64,000 bases of DNA from Callorhinchus milii (taxonomy: Eukaryota): NCBI RefSeq assembly GCF_018977255.1, contig NW_024704743.1, positions 29,576,001-29,640,000 on the forward strand, in the 5' to 3' direction. The notes beneath the pieces are model-generated. The model searched no databases. It saw only the letters and a program-made list of their open reading frames with translations, and had not been told where the DNA came from. A program made the translations under genes and the position numbers. Positions 11,508 through 23,365 of this stretch are shown in pieces (position 1 is the first letter of the stretch; each line of letters opens with the position of its first letter).

Positions 11508-12628
11508 TCAATAAAAGGGACAGTAGCAGCATGGATCCAGAACTGGCTGAGAAACAGAAAGCAGAGAGTTGTGGTGAACGGCTGCTTTTCTGACTGGAGG
11601 GAAGTGTACAGCGGCGTCACCCAGGGATCGGTATTAGAACCACTGCTCTTCTTAATATACATAACTGATCTGGACTTGGGTATAGCAAGTACCATTTCCA
11701 AGTTTGTGGACGATACAAAGTTAGATAGGGTAGCAAACAGTGAGAAGGATAGCAGCCAACTGCAGGAAGACATAGACAGAATGGTAAAATGAGCAGACAC
11801 ATGGCAGATTAATTTCAATGTGGAGAAATGCAAGGTATTACAGTTTGGAAGAAAGAATGAGGGGAGGCAATAGAGGCTAGATAATACAATCTTAACGGGG
11901 GTGAAGGAACAGAGAGACCTGGGGGTTCAGGTAAATTAATCCTTGAAGGTGGCAGGACAGGTAGATAAAGCTGTAAAAAGGGCATATGGGATACTAGGCT
12001 TTATAAATAGGGGCATAGAGTACAAGAGTCAGGAGGTTATGATTAACCTATATAAAACACTGGTTAGGCCTCAGTTAGAATACTGCGCCCAGTTCTGGGC
12101 ACCACACTGTAGGACAGATGTTAAGGCATTGGAAAGGGTGCAGAGGAGATTTACAAGGATGGTACCAGGAATGAGGGACCTTGATAATGTGGAAAGGCTA
12201 GAGAGGTTGGGATTATTCTCATTGGAGCAGAGAAGGTTACGAGGAGACCTAATAGAGGTTTTCAAAATCATGAGGGGATTTGATAGGTTAGAAAGGGAAA
12301 AACTGTTTCCACTGGGGGGTGTGTCAGTGACTCGAGGTCACAGATTTAAAATAGTTTCTAAAAGAAGCAGAGGGGAGGTGAGAAGAAATTTTTTCACGCA
12401 GCGAGTTGTTCGAATCTGGAACGCATTGCCTGAAAGGGTGGTGGAGGCCAATTTGATAACAACTTTTAATAACACGGTGGATGGGCATTTGAGGAGGACG
12501 GTTACGGAGAAAGGGCTGGGGAGTGGGATTGACATTACATTGATTTTTTCAAAGAGCCGGCACAGACTTGATGGGCCGAATGGCCTCTTTTTGTGTTGTA
12601 CGATTCTATGATTCTACGATTCTATGAA
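11508..12628 (+). mobile_element. CR1-clade LINE, 5'-truncated, decayed RT C-terminus and 3' UTR
   Basis: ORF pieces [27 protein letters not shown] and 11943-12611 (LYKTLVRPQLEYCAQFWAP, LERVQRRFTRM, RRLRGDLIEVFKIM, RRNFFTQRVVRIWNALP). Ends in (ATTCTATG)-type 8-bp repeats. Confidence 0.95.
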
Positions 12629-12789
12629 TGACTGTTTGTGGGACACTGCTGTGCACAATTGGTTGCTGTGTTTCGCCCACAAAATATACAGTCTATAATA
12701 TACACTTTGCAAATATTCTGTGAAACACTTTGAGACGTCTCGAACACGTGATAAGGCTCTATATCAACTGCAAGGATTATTATTATTAA
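12628..12789 (+). mobile_element. tRNA-Ala SINE 3' half (continuation of 11310-11505)
   Basis: ATGACTGTTTGTGGGACACTGCTGTGCACAATTGG...GCAAGGATTATTATTATTA. Confidence 0.9.
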
Positions 12790-13162
12790 GTAAATGGCGG
12801 AATTGCTGCGGCTCAGCATGACCCATACCTGGTTACCGGCAGGACTCATTATCTATGATTCTAGTCGCTACTTGGTTGCAATTACCACTCATGTTTTTAA
12901 TGCTCATAAAGGGGGGCAACTGGAATTTTGTAGTTGTGTAATATAATAGAAGATGTAAGACTGGAGAATGCTGCCTTATACAGGTGAAGTCAATGATAAG
13001 GAGATTGTGCATTGTCTGTGGAAAGAGCGGGCTCAATTTGTCCAAATAGCCTTTTTTGTTCATTGTTTTGTATGTGTTTTATCACACTCATTCTAAAACT
13101 GCCCCCAATGTAACACACACCTTTGTATTGTCCCCAGGAAGACATGAACTACCTGGATGATA

Positions 13163-13421
13163 ACCAATTGCGCACAGCAGTGTCCCACAAACAGTGGATT
13201 GAGTGACCAAATTTTTCTTATTTTTTTAAAAAATTGAAGAGATTATTACCCCCGGAAAAGCGATCTGCCAATTGTCTAACAACCGGGTTCCTACTTACTG
13301 CTAGGTAAACAGAGGCGTGTGGAGTAAGAAAACTTGCCCAATGTTTTGCCCTACCCGGAAATCAAAACCAGGTCCTCTCGCTTGCGAGGCAAATGCTGTA
13401 TCCATTAAGCTACAGGACTCC
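13163..13421 (-). mobile_element. tRNA-Ala SINE long form, lacking 3' tail
   Basis: Head GGAGTCCTGTAGCTTAATGG on the minus strand, CGC anticodon arm, and the long-form central segment. Confidence 0.9.
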
Positions 13422-14152
13422 ACAGATAGTAATTCATCTTTTCTTGTATGAAAACACAGTAAGAAAATTATGCTACATTTCCCTCACAAGCTGTGTCAGC
13501 CTGAATTATGCTTTGAAAAGTCCTCAGGGGTCTTTACAGATCTCACTTGGCATTGCCAGAGGCTTGCTTGCTCTCTTGCATGGGAAGAGGTTACTTCACA
13601 GAAAGACTCATGAAAAGAAAGGGGGAGAAACACTTTAAAAGGGAGGGTAATTATATCCCTGTTGATATTAAAAGTTTACTACAAGTTAAGTAAATCTTCA
13701 TTTATGTGCCCTTTCACCTTCTGCAAGTTGATGCTGAAAATAATACCAATACAGCAAGAACTTCCATTCTTCATAATTTCTCAAAGTGGTTCATAGGTAT
13801 TTGCTATCAGGTGTAGTAGCAGCCTTACACACCAGCAAGGTCCTGCAAAGAAGATTGCTAGCTAGGATCCTTATCCTTTCAAATAGTGTCATAGGATCTT
13901 TGACATCTATCTGAACAGGCGGCAGAGACCTCGGTAATAATAATAATAATCCTTGCATTTTATGTAGCACCTTATTATGGAATTCGAGATGTCTCAAAGC
14001 ACTTCACAGAGTATACTGTAAAATGAATTGACTGTATATTTTGTGGGAGAAACTGTATTTTTAATAGCTCTGACAATGCAGCTCTCCCCAGTACTCCACT
14101 GGAATGTCAACCCAGACTGTGAGTTAAAGTCCCAACGTGGAATTTGATCTTT

Positions 14153-14400
14153 AATACTTGCATTTGATATAGCGCTTTTCACTTCTTCTAGATGTCTCAA
14201 AGCGCTTCACAGAATATACTGTAAAGTGAATTGACTGTATATTTGTGGGCGAAATGCGGCAGCCAATTGCGCACAGCAGTGTCTCACAAACAGTCCTGGA
14301 TTGAAGTGACCAATTTATCATTGTTTTTTTTCTGGAAGGATTATTATCAGGCGTGTGGAATAAGGAAACTTGCCCAAGGTTTAACCATGCCCAAGATTTA
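14153..14400 (-). mobile_element. tRNA-Ala SINE short form, 5'-damaged
   Basis: CTTGCATTTGATATAGCGCTTTTCAC...GGCGTGTGGAATAAGGAAACTTGCCCAAGG. Confidence 0.88.
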
Positions 14401-15217
14401 GTCCTGTCCAAGATCTCACAATCTTTTGTCCAAGAAGCGTGATATTATTACAATATTAAAATCACTGCAATATAAGAAATAGCTTTCTAGCTGTAAGATT
14501 AACCTCAAACTAAAAAATATTAAAAACACATTTTTCAAATAAAACAAAAATTTGCTCAACTTATTGACTTTTTTTTCTACCATTCTCATTTTATTTAGGT
14601 TTAAAATTTTCTCTCTCTAATATGTTGGATTCTATCTTTTCTCACTTATTTTCCTGTAAAATGTAACTAAAAATAACCTTCACTTTCCTATTTTTACGGC
14701 AGATCTTTCAATCCAATTTTTCAGACTTTCCCTTAACACATTAACATCCCCAGTATCTCTCTTTTCTAAATATCCCAGACGATTCTTCAACTATATGTAT
14801 TACTCGGGTAATATTGTTGTTAATTAGTGGCAGTTGTACAATATTATCAATCAGCAGACATTGTGGAAACAGTCAATTCATTGCAAGGCTAGAGGAATAT
14901 CTGAATCAATGTTAGTGAAAATTGGACTCTTTCTGTTTTAGATGACAGCAACATCTTGCATTTATATAGCACCCTTCACACAGGGTAGTGTCCCAGAGCG
15001 CTGAACCCTGTATCATGTGCAAGGTGGTAAAACCATGGAGCACCCAGGGTTCCAAACACACCACACCCATATGCATAGTTGAACGGCAAATTGGCTTCGA
15101 CATTTAAGTGGAAACCATGTTTTAAATTAGAAAAACTTAACAGACCTGATACACTCAGAATATAGTCTGCAGCCTGCAGTCCCGATTATAACCATAACTG
15201 GTTAGGGACAAGTAACA

Positions 15218-16205
15218 CAGAGAGTGTAGATGAGGTAGTGCAGTTGATGTATATTTTTGGATTTTCAAAAGGCTATTGATAAAGTGCCACATAATAGATT
15301 TGTCAGAAAAATTGAAGCCACGGTATTAAAGGGACAGTGACAGCATGGATACAAAACTGGCTGAGAGTAGTGGTGAAAGGTTGTTTCTCTGACTGGAGGG
15401 AAGTATACAGTGGTGTCCCCCAGGGGTCAGCTTTAGGACCATTGCTCTTTTTAATCTATATAACTAGCCTGGACTTGGTATAGGGAGTACAATTTCCAAG
15501 TTTGCAGATGATGCAAAGCTAGGAAAAGTATTAAACAGTGAGGAGAATAGTAGCAGTTTGCAAGAGGACATAGACTGGTGAAATGGGCAGACATATGGCA
15601 GATGAAATTTAATGCGGAGAAATGCGAACTGATGCAATTTGGGAGGAAGAATGAGGCGAAGAATTATAAGCTAGATGGTACAATCTTAAAGTGGGTGCAG
15701 GAACCGAGAGACCTCGGGGTCCACATAAGCAAATCTTTGAAAGTGACAGGACAGGTAGATAAAGCTATTTAAAAAGCATACTGGATACTCAGCTTTATAA
15801 ATAGGGGCATAGAATACAAAAGTAAGGAGGTTATGATGAACCTTTATAAAACACTGGTTAGGCCTCAGCTAGATTTCTGTGTTCAGTTCTAGGCACCACA
15901 CTTTAAGAAGGATGTCAAGACCTAGGAGAGGGTGTAAAAGAGATTTACCAGAATTGCACCAGAAATGAGGGACTTCAGTTATGAGAAGAGGCTAGAGAAG
16001 CTAAGATTATTCTCCTTGGAGCAAAGAAGGTTAAGGGCAGATTTAATAAAGGTGTTCCAATAGGGTAAACAGGGAGAAACTGTTTTCCACTGGCAGGTGA
16101 GTCGGTAAGCAGAGGACACAGATTTAAAATAGCTGCCAAAAGAACCAGAGGGGAGATGAGGATAACCGATTCGATAACAACTTTGAAGAGAGAAGTAGAA
16201 GGATA
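15218..16205 (+). mobile_element. CR1-clade LINE RT fragment, decayed
   Basis: Reads approximately VDEG.AVDV..LDFQKA.DKVPH, SGVPQGS.LGPLLF, KFADDAKL, WQMKFNAEKC, with stops and frameshifts. Colinear with 11508-12480. Confidence 0.93.
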
Positions 16206-16299
16206 TTGGATATTAGTATTCAGATTAACAAAGTCTCTGATTTGATTTTTGGTTTGTGCTAATAAGTGATCTTAGCTCAGGTGATTGGGGATACTACAA

Positions 16300-16660
16300 G
16301 AATAACAACTCGTTTAATGTAGTAGCACTTTTCATGAAGGGTAACAACTCAATGGCCATAATCGGGTCAGACACCGAGGAAGAAGGGTGATGGAGGTGAC
16401 CCTAGGAAAAGTTGCGGAGATAGGCTTTCAGGAGGCTTTAGGGTAAGTGGCTGAAGGCTAGGTTGGTGATGGAGAGGGTCTAAAAAGTACGGTTAGCATG
16501 AGTTTGCCGAGTGGAGAGTAGGAGAAGATCACAGAGATTCAGCGGGGTAAAGACGTGTAGGGATTTGTGGATGAGAGTGAGAATCTTGAAGTTGATCCAC
16601 TGTAAGTCAGTTAAGACTGTGTAGCCTAGTGAAGATGGGGGTGATGGGCATGCAAAGTTT
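16300..16660 (-). mobile_element. Old L2 3' fragment
   Basis: Minus-strand DLQWINFKILTLIHKSLH corresponds to the L2 LHWLP...[12 protein letters not shown] region; degenerate tail near 16310. Confidence 0.6.
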
Positions 16661-16744
16661 AAAGTAGTTGTCTTCGGTGACCCTGAACTACAACTACAAT
16701 AACACAGGCTTGCTTCTGCTTGCTGTATGGTGACTATCTGGAGA

Positions 16745-16960
16745 GCACATATCAGTGGACATTGGGTGAGAAACAGGATTGGGCTTGCTGCAGTGTCCCA
16801 GGCGATCGAATAGCCTGCAGACATTCACTGTCTGGATTCACATATCGCTGTCTGGATTCTTACATGAAACATGGTCACTCGGGTGAGACACTGGAGGGCT
16901 GTCTGCTCTCATGAAACAATACCCAGCAGAAGTCACAAGCCTTCAAGAGAAGGAAGGTGG
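16745..16960 (+). mobile_element. Ancient SINE-like interspersed repeat, 3' part
   Basis: GGGTGAGAAACAGGATTGGGC...CGAATAGCCTGCAGACATTCACTGTC...ATGGTCACTCGGGTGAG...ACCCAGCAG; colinear with 20340-20500 and with the reverse of 31975-32140. Confidence 0.6.
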
Positions 16961-19900
16961 GGGAGTGGGTGGGGGGGCATGTACAAAAAAAGTACAAGTA
17001 GATTTTTAAAACAAATCTTCAATAAAGATCAAAAGGATTTTTTTTAAAAGCCAAAATTTATTCCCAAAAATTGTTAGAAAGAAAACTTTCCAGATAGGAG
17101 AGAATCAACACCTCTCTGTCGCTGTTATCTATTGAAATATGTGGGAAAAAGTTAAATACATATTTCACAAGTTTCTGAAAGCGTGTCACAGTTGGTCCTG
17201 TTTCCAATTAAAGTGGAGAACGGCAATTTTTAACAGCTCCATTAATGCGTATCTCAGGTTTGGTACATTCTGGGCTCCCTCGAGTGCAGGGTCATTCAGT
17301 GAATACAATTCCGACTGACATACTTATTTGCTTTCACTCATTCCCCGTTTCTCTGCTTGGAAATGAGGAATTTTGTATATTTTAGAAAGCTCATGCCAGG
17401 CTAGTCTCCCCACCTACCTCAAATTTGAACTCTTTCTTTTGAAATATGGCTTAATTTTTAAAAAGCTGTCTTTATGATTGATGATGGGACTAGTTCCAGG
17501 ACAGCAGGAGAGACTCCTCGCTGGACTGCACCCTTTGGCTTTTCTATCACAAAAGAAATGATTTAAAAGATTATTAGGAGCAACAAGACAAAAGAGCTGT
17601 GAGGTCTTTAAGGGGGCGCTATCTTCATTTTTGTTTGATGAATATCTTTCGCTAGGAGAGTGAAGAGCTGCGTGTCGTATTTGCTGCAAATTGTGAACGT
17701 TGTTGTTCATTATCACAGAGTTAATAAAGTAATAAAGCTTGTGACAATGTTTTTTTGTCTTTAAGACACATCTCGTTTATCCTGTTTGTTGCTGATATAT
17801 GAATACCATGTAACTTTACTGTCTGTCTGATCTGAAAACATTTACGAACATAGGAAAATAAGAACAGGAGCATCCATTTGGCCCATTATTCCTCTATTTC
17901 TAAAATAATTCTTTTTAAATATTGAAGATTTGAACTAATTCTCTGAGACGCTGTCCGTCATGAAGGGCGTTATGTAAATGCAAGTTGTTGCTGTAATTCA
18001 TCAACAACTTGTATTTATATATTTTTATAGTCTTTCAAATAGGATAATATGTCGAAGAGCTTTACAGCAATGGAGTGGAAAACAAATTAAGGTGGGACAT
18101 CAGAGGGTTATAAGTAAAGGCACAGTCAAAGAGGTTTTTAGAAGAGTTTTGAAAGCCAAAAGGAGTGTGTGGAATGGAGGTTTAGGAACAATCTGAAACT
18201 GCTGCCAACAGAACTAATCAAACACTGGTCTCCACTTTGTTCTTAAGGGATTTCAACTACAAGTCAAGCAAATGTTATTCTAACTCAATGCACATCATAT
18301 GTGAGTCCAATAATTTAGGCAGTTTTGGGCACCTTACTTTCAACAGGACATTGACATATTGAGAGGGGTTAAATAAGAGGGAGAGGAATGATTCCAGGTT
18401 TGTAATGAGGGTGGTATGGTTGGAGTTCAGTCTGGTTTGGATACTCAGAAGAATGGTGATGCATGTGTCAGACACAGGGATAACCAATAAAAAGTAATGA
18501 GTGGAGGCATAGAATAAATTGATGTAAGTAACATATTTAACTGCGGTCTCCTCAACTCATCATTCAATTCTACCCACTTGTTTTTTGATGATTGCACTCT
18601 ACGTTCACTTTCACTGTCTCAACGCTGAAACAATTCACTCATTATTTCGATGAGACACTAAACCAAGGTCCTCTCTGCCCATTCGGGTGGGCATTAAAGA
18701 TTCCATCACATTATTCAAAAAGAGAAGGGATCTTTTCCCAGGGTCTTAGCCAAGAAATTGATTATTCTTCTTATGGCAATTTGTAGGGTCTTATTCGCAC
18801 AAATGGATGCTATTTTTCACTATATTTCACCTCTGAAGTGCTTTGAGAAGTTTAAATTGGATAATATCCGAAAAAAAGAGTTCCTTCCTCTTTGATCTCA
18901 TCCTTGCCTAACAATGCAAATCTGGGTTTGTGACAACTCTTCAAACAAAGTTTCTTCCCATCTCGTCTAAGATTAGCTAAAAGCTTTGTGACCTTTGATC
19001 AACAGTTTTAATTTCACTATCTCCTCAAGTTGAAAGTAGAATAGTTACATCATCTCCATAAGTATTTGAGATGGTCATCCGACATGAAAGGTGCTAAATG
19101 TCAATTGTATTATAAATTATATTGTATTATAACTATAGTTACCTCCAAGGGACTGAGTTACTATTGTTTTGCCACACATGTGTAGGAAATGTGGAAAAGG
19201 CAGGTAAATGCCAGTGAAAGGATTGCCCTTTAAAAGAGCCAGCACAGATAAGATTGGCTGAATGGCTGTCTGTGCTGAACATTTGTATGTCTCTTGCTCT
19301 CAACAATTTCAAGCTTCCCAATAAATCCAAAGCCCATCCAGCACTAGGATTCTGTTTTTTATATATATATATATCTATAACCATAATATATATGTAATAT
19401 ATTATATATGTGTGTGAGCATAACTTTTCCCTGAAACTTCAATTACACCAATCTCCATCGTCTACATTCTGGCTGCAACATCATGGTTCGGAAATCAAGA
19501 CTCATTCTGCTGTATTCTAATCTAACTCAATTTTTCTTACTTTTAACTTATTTTCTGGCTCAGTCTTCTTTACCATTAGAATCCAAAGCTTCCTTCTTTC
19601 TATTGTTAACTTTAACATTTCTAATGGCAGATGTGATCAGCAATGTCATTCTACTATTCCACCACTTCCATTTGCAAACCTGGTTTAAGTGTCTTTTCAA
19701 TACCTTGCTGATTTTCAATACCCCGTTTAAATTTATGTTGCTCTCCTCCCAAACTCTCCCTTACAGGCTAGCAGCAAACAACGCCAGCCAACAAATGATG
19801 AATGAGAAATGAATCCCTTTCCACTATTTTCTTTTATGGCAAATTGACCATGATTTATGGATGTCTCCAGTATTTGTAAGGTAAAATGGGCAAATCATTT

Positions 19901-20164
19901 TTCTGTTGGGTAGAAAATGCCTACAAGGGAAACAGTTCAAGAATGGGTTCAGAGCCACAACTTTTTGGTTGGCGTGAGTCGGACAGTGTTCAAGCTACTA
20001 GACCATTTAGAAAGAGCTAAATTGATATTTTATTAGCATTATCAAATGTTGAAAAGATAGGCGTAACCTTTTTATGTTTTTGGACAGTTAAGTGTAAATC
20101 ACTTCAATACTGTTGTGTACACTACTTAACACATAGATTGTTCTTCAATTGATTGGAAATTGAG

Positions 20165-20500
20165 TGCATTTGATTCCTGTTCTGTGCTGAGTTTGCTGGT
20201 CTCAGCCAGGGCTGGTTGTGTAGGCTAAATTGGCCTTGGCTTTTACGAGGTTTGGGAGAGGAACGTAGCAAGTGTTTCTGCTCCTAGTTCCTCACAAGCA
20301 CTTTCTACTGGCTGTGTGTGTATGCCTGTGTGTACGTGAAAGTTGGGTGGAGAGAGGACAGGTTCCACTATGCACTCTCTGAAATCAAGTGGCCTGCTGA
20401 CACTTATTGATAAAGCTCATAGGTGAAAATGGCCACTTGACTGAGGTATCAGATGGCAATTAGCCCTTGTGGAACCGGACCCCAGCAAGAGGAGGTCAGA
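20165..20500 (+). mobile_element. Ancient SINE-like interspersed repeat (longest copy)
   Basis: CTGTGCTGAGTTTGCTGGTCTCAGCCAGGG...AATTGGCCT...GGGAGAGGAA...GAAAATGGCCACTTG...GTGGAACCGGACCCCAGCAAG; related pieces at 8576-8690, 36060-36130 and 37840-37947. Confidence 0.6.
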
Positions 20501-21784
20501 GGCAGAACATTAGTAAAATAATTGATCAAATTAAATTTAAAAGGTGAAGAAAAAGGGCAGATTTTTTTACTTTTTGGGAAATTTTATAGGAGGAAAAATG
20601 TAGCAAAAATATCAAAGTTGAAATATTTGAGAGTCAAACAAGATTATGGATTGTATCCCATGTGTTTTATGTAATATAATGCAGCCTATTTTAAATATAC
20701 TGAGCAGTTTCTTCTGTAGTACCAAGGCTCATACAATTTCCTTCCAGCTCTTCCAAAACAAATATATTCCATGAATTTTGCGCCAATAGCAGAAGGTAAC
20801 AAAAGCCTGTCATATTGGCGTAACATTATACCATCTTTTGCTGCCAACAAAAAGTACCAAACACCAGCTGCAGCTGCTTTGACAGTTGATTTTTAAAAAA
20901 AAAGAAATTGCAGAACAAGGCACGATTTTACAACAAAACAAGATTAGAAATGTAGTCGACTATATGGGTAGCCCAGCATATTCCATGCTGATGTAGCATA
21001 TAATTTTGTGCCGTAAATTCTCCTAAATAGGTTAAGATCTGCAAACTGATAATGTAAGAGGCAACATCTTTTACAGGAGGAAGACCCTTCCAACCTCATA
21101 TCATTTCTCCCGGCCACACTCTTTTTTTTAAAAATCAATGACTTTATATGTAGGAACTTTGCTAAGGAGGAGTCTGCAGGGCATTCTTCTACAGCTACAC
21201 CATAAAGTAAGGACCATTAAAACGTCATGGTTTCAGAAGCTACCACTTACCCTTAGAGTGTGGAAGAATCTAGCAACCTCTAGATCAATTAAACAGAGAC
21301 ATAGCATTCTCTTTAGTAAGCTACATTTACTCTCTGACATGTTGGACACAATTTTTTTAATCTAAATTTTTTTTGCAAGCACAAATCAGATAGGAATCCT
21401 TTATCATAGCTTCCTCGCACCCAGTAGCACCACAGGAAAACAGACAGTGGGGCAAGGTATGTACTTCACATCTTTCACTTTGCCAGGTTAAATGTTGAAA
21501 ACAAAACAGATATAAAGGACTAAACTGATGAATAGATAGGCAATCTTCTAAAATTAACTTTATAGATTCCAAAAAAATCAGGGTGATGCAATGATTCAGA
21601 CACATTGGAGTTAGAGTCAGTATCTGATTAATTTGATATTTCCCAGTTTTCTACAATCTGTACAATCTCTTCATCCAATGGATACTGTTGCGTCTCCTTA
21701 GTCTCCCAATCTTGGGTCAGATAGGCCACCCTCTCATTCCTGGGTTTCAATGCAGTCTTAACTCACGGCATCTTCTATCTACAA

Positions 21785-21848
21785 CAGTGGTGGCCAACCT
21801 GTGGCCCACGGCTGGAAGTGGTCTGTCAAGAAGTCCATGCCATCGTTT
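21785..21848. mobile_element. hAT-like MITE, single end
   Basis: CAGTGGTGGCCAACCTGTGGCCCACGGCTGGAAGTGG matches the right end of 28721-28934 in reverse complement. Confidence 0.65.
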
Positions 21849-21879
21849 CTCATCATTGCAGTTGACGGAACGTTCATCA

Positions 21880-22040
21880 TTTTGTTTATTTGTGGGACAC
21901 TGTTGTGCACAATTGGCTGCCACATTTTGCCCACAAAATATACAATCATTCACTTTACAGTATATTCTGTGAAGCGTTTTGAGACGTTTTGAAGATGTAA
22001 TAAGGTGCTATATCAAATGCAAGGATTATTATTATTGTTG
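21880..22040 (+). mobile_element. SINE 3' half
   Basis: TTTGTGGGACACTGTTGTGCACAATTGGCTGCC...GTGCTATATCAAATGCAAGGATTATTATTATT. Confidence 0.88.
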
Positions 22041-22329
22041 TAGTATTTTACAAAACCTTATCAAAAGTTGTTTAGAATTCAGAAAATAGACTCTCTGTGC
22101 ATGAAATACCCTGCATTCTACCTGAACTAGCGTTTGTGCTGGAACCAGGGCAAAAAATAAATATCAGGATCAATGTGCTAGATAGTCTTCACTAAAAATA
22201 TCCATAAATTTGTATATACCATAAGCTTGCTATAGTGATGAACTGTTTTCTGTCAAATTAGTCTGACTTCAGTGTATGAAATGGCAACAAATGTGTTCGG
22301 CTCCTAGAATAATCAATATAATTGAATTA

Positions 22330-22800
22330 GAGAGGTTGAAGCACAGGAGGAGGTCAATTGGCCATTGTGCCTGTGCCCTTCTTGCTCTCTTACCAGAATT
22401 CATTCAATTTTGAAGCTTTTTCCCTTTGCATCTTCATTCTAGAGCTTATCATTTGCTTACATTTGCTGCAACTGGCCTGCTTTCAATAATCACTTTAGGG
22501 TAATATGTTCCACATTCTTATAAACATTTCTGTAAAAAATATTTTTCTCATCTCTCCCTTTATGTTTCTAGCAATAATCTTGAGTTTGTACCCCTTATTA
22601 ATTAACCACCCAATAGCTACAATAGTTTACCATTATTTACCCTTTCAAATCCTCTGTGAATTTTTAACACTTTTATCCATCACCTCTTAATCTTCTCTGC
22701 TCCAGTGAATGCACTGTTTTTTAAGCCTTTTATCTCAATCATATCCTTTGTTGCTTTGTGTCATCCTGTTAAATCTCTTCTGTACCCTTTAAAATATTTG
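22330..22800 (-). mobile_element. Old CR1 3' fragment
   Basis: GCACAGGAGGAGGTCAATTGGCCATTGTGCCTGTGCC tail and CACCTCTTAATCTTCTCTGCTCCAGTGAA (reverse of the SLEQRRLRG coding segment). Confidence 0.65.
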
Positions 22801-22969
22801 AGTTCATACCCCTTGTTGTGGCTCTGAACCCACTGTGATATTTTCTCAAGTTTTAGCCTAACTATTAACTTGGAAAGATTCAATATCATTGAGTATTTTG
22901 TGATTGGGACCTATTGGCTCTAACAATAAATTGTGTTACAACTTTCTATGCAGCCTTTGTAAAATAAAT

Positions 22970-23365
22970 AATAGTAATTATCCTTGCATTTAGTATAATT
23001 CCTTTCACTTCAGGATGCTAAAGTGCTTTCACGATATGCTGTTAACTGCAGTGGTTGTGTATTTTGAGGGCGGATGCAGCAGCCAATTTTGTGCACAGCA
23101 ATGTCCCACGAACAGCCATGAAACAAATGACCAATTTTATTTAGGGTATTGTTGGGCAAATAGTTCCATGGGATCATTAATGTCTGCCTGAACAGACAGA
23201 CTTGGATTTAGTTTAACATCTCATCAGAAAGTCTAACAATGCAGCACACCCCCAGCACAGCATTGCAGTGTCAACTTAGATGACATGAGCTCCAAATCCC
23301 GACATGGGCCTTGAACCCACAACCTTTGAACTTCGAGGCAAGCACAGTACCAACTGAGCCAGCCA
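22970..23365 (-). mobile_element. tRNA-headed Deu-domain SINE (SacSINE1/AmnSINE1-like), near full length
   Basis: Minus strand: GGCTCAGTTGGT (A box)...GGGTTCAAGGCCC (B box)...GTGCTGCATTGT...GATGAGATGTTAAAC...GTCTGTCTGTTCAGG...GATCCCATGG, then the shared 3' half and (TTA)-like tail. Family name is from recall, not from a search. Confidence 0.8.

Noticed and set aside
11943..12611. 222-aa ORF as a host or domesticated gene
   Set aside because: It is the CR1 ORF2 C-terminus, with upstream stops and a frameshifted run into the 3' UTR.
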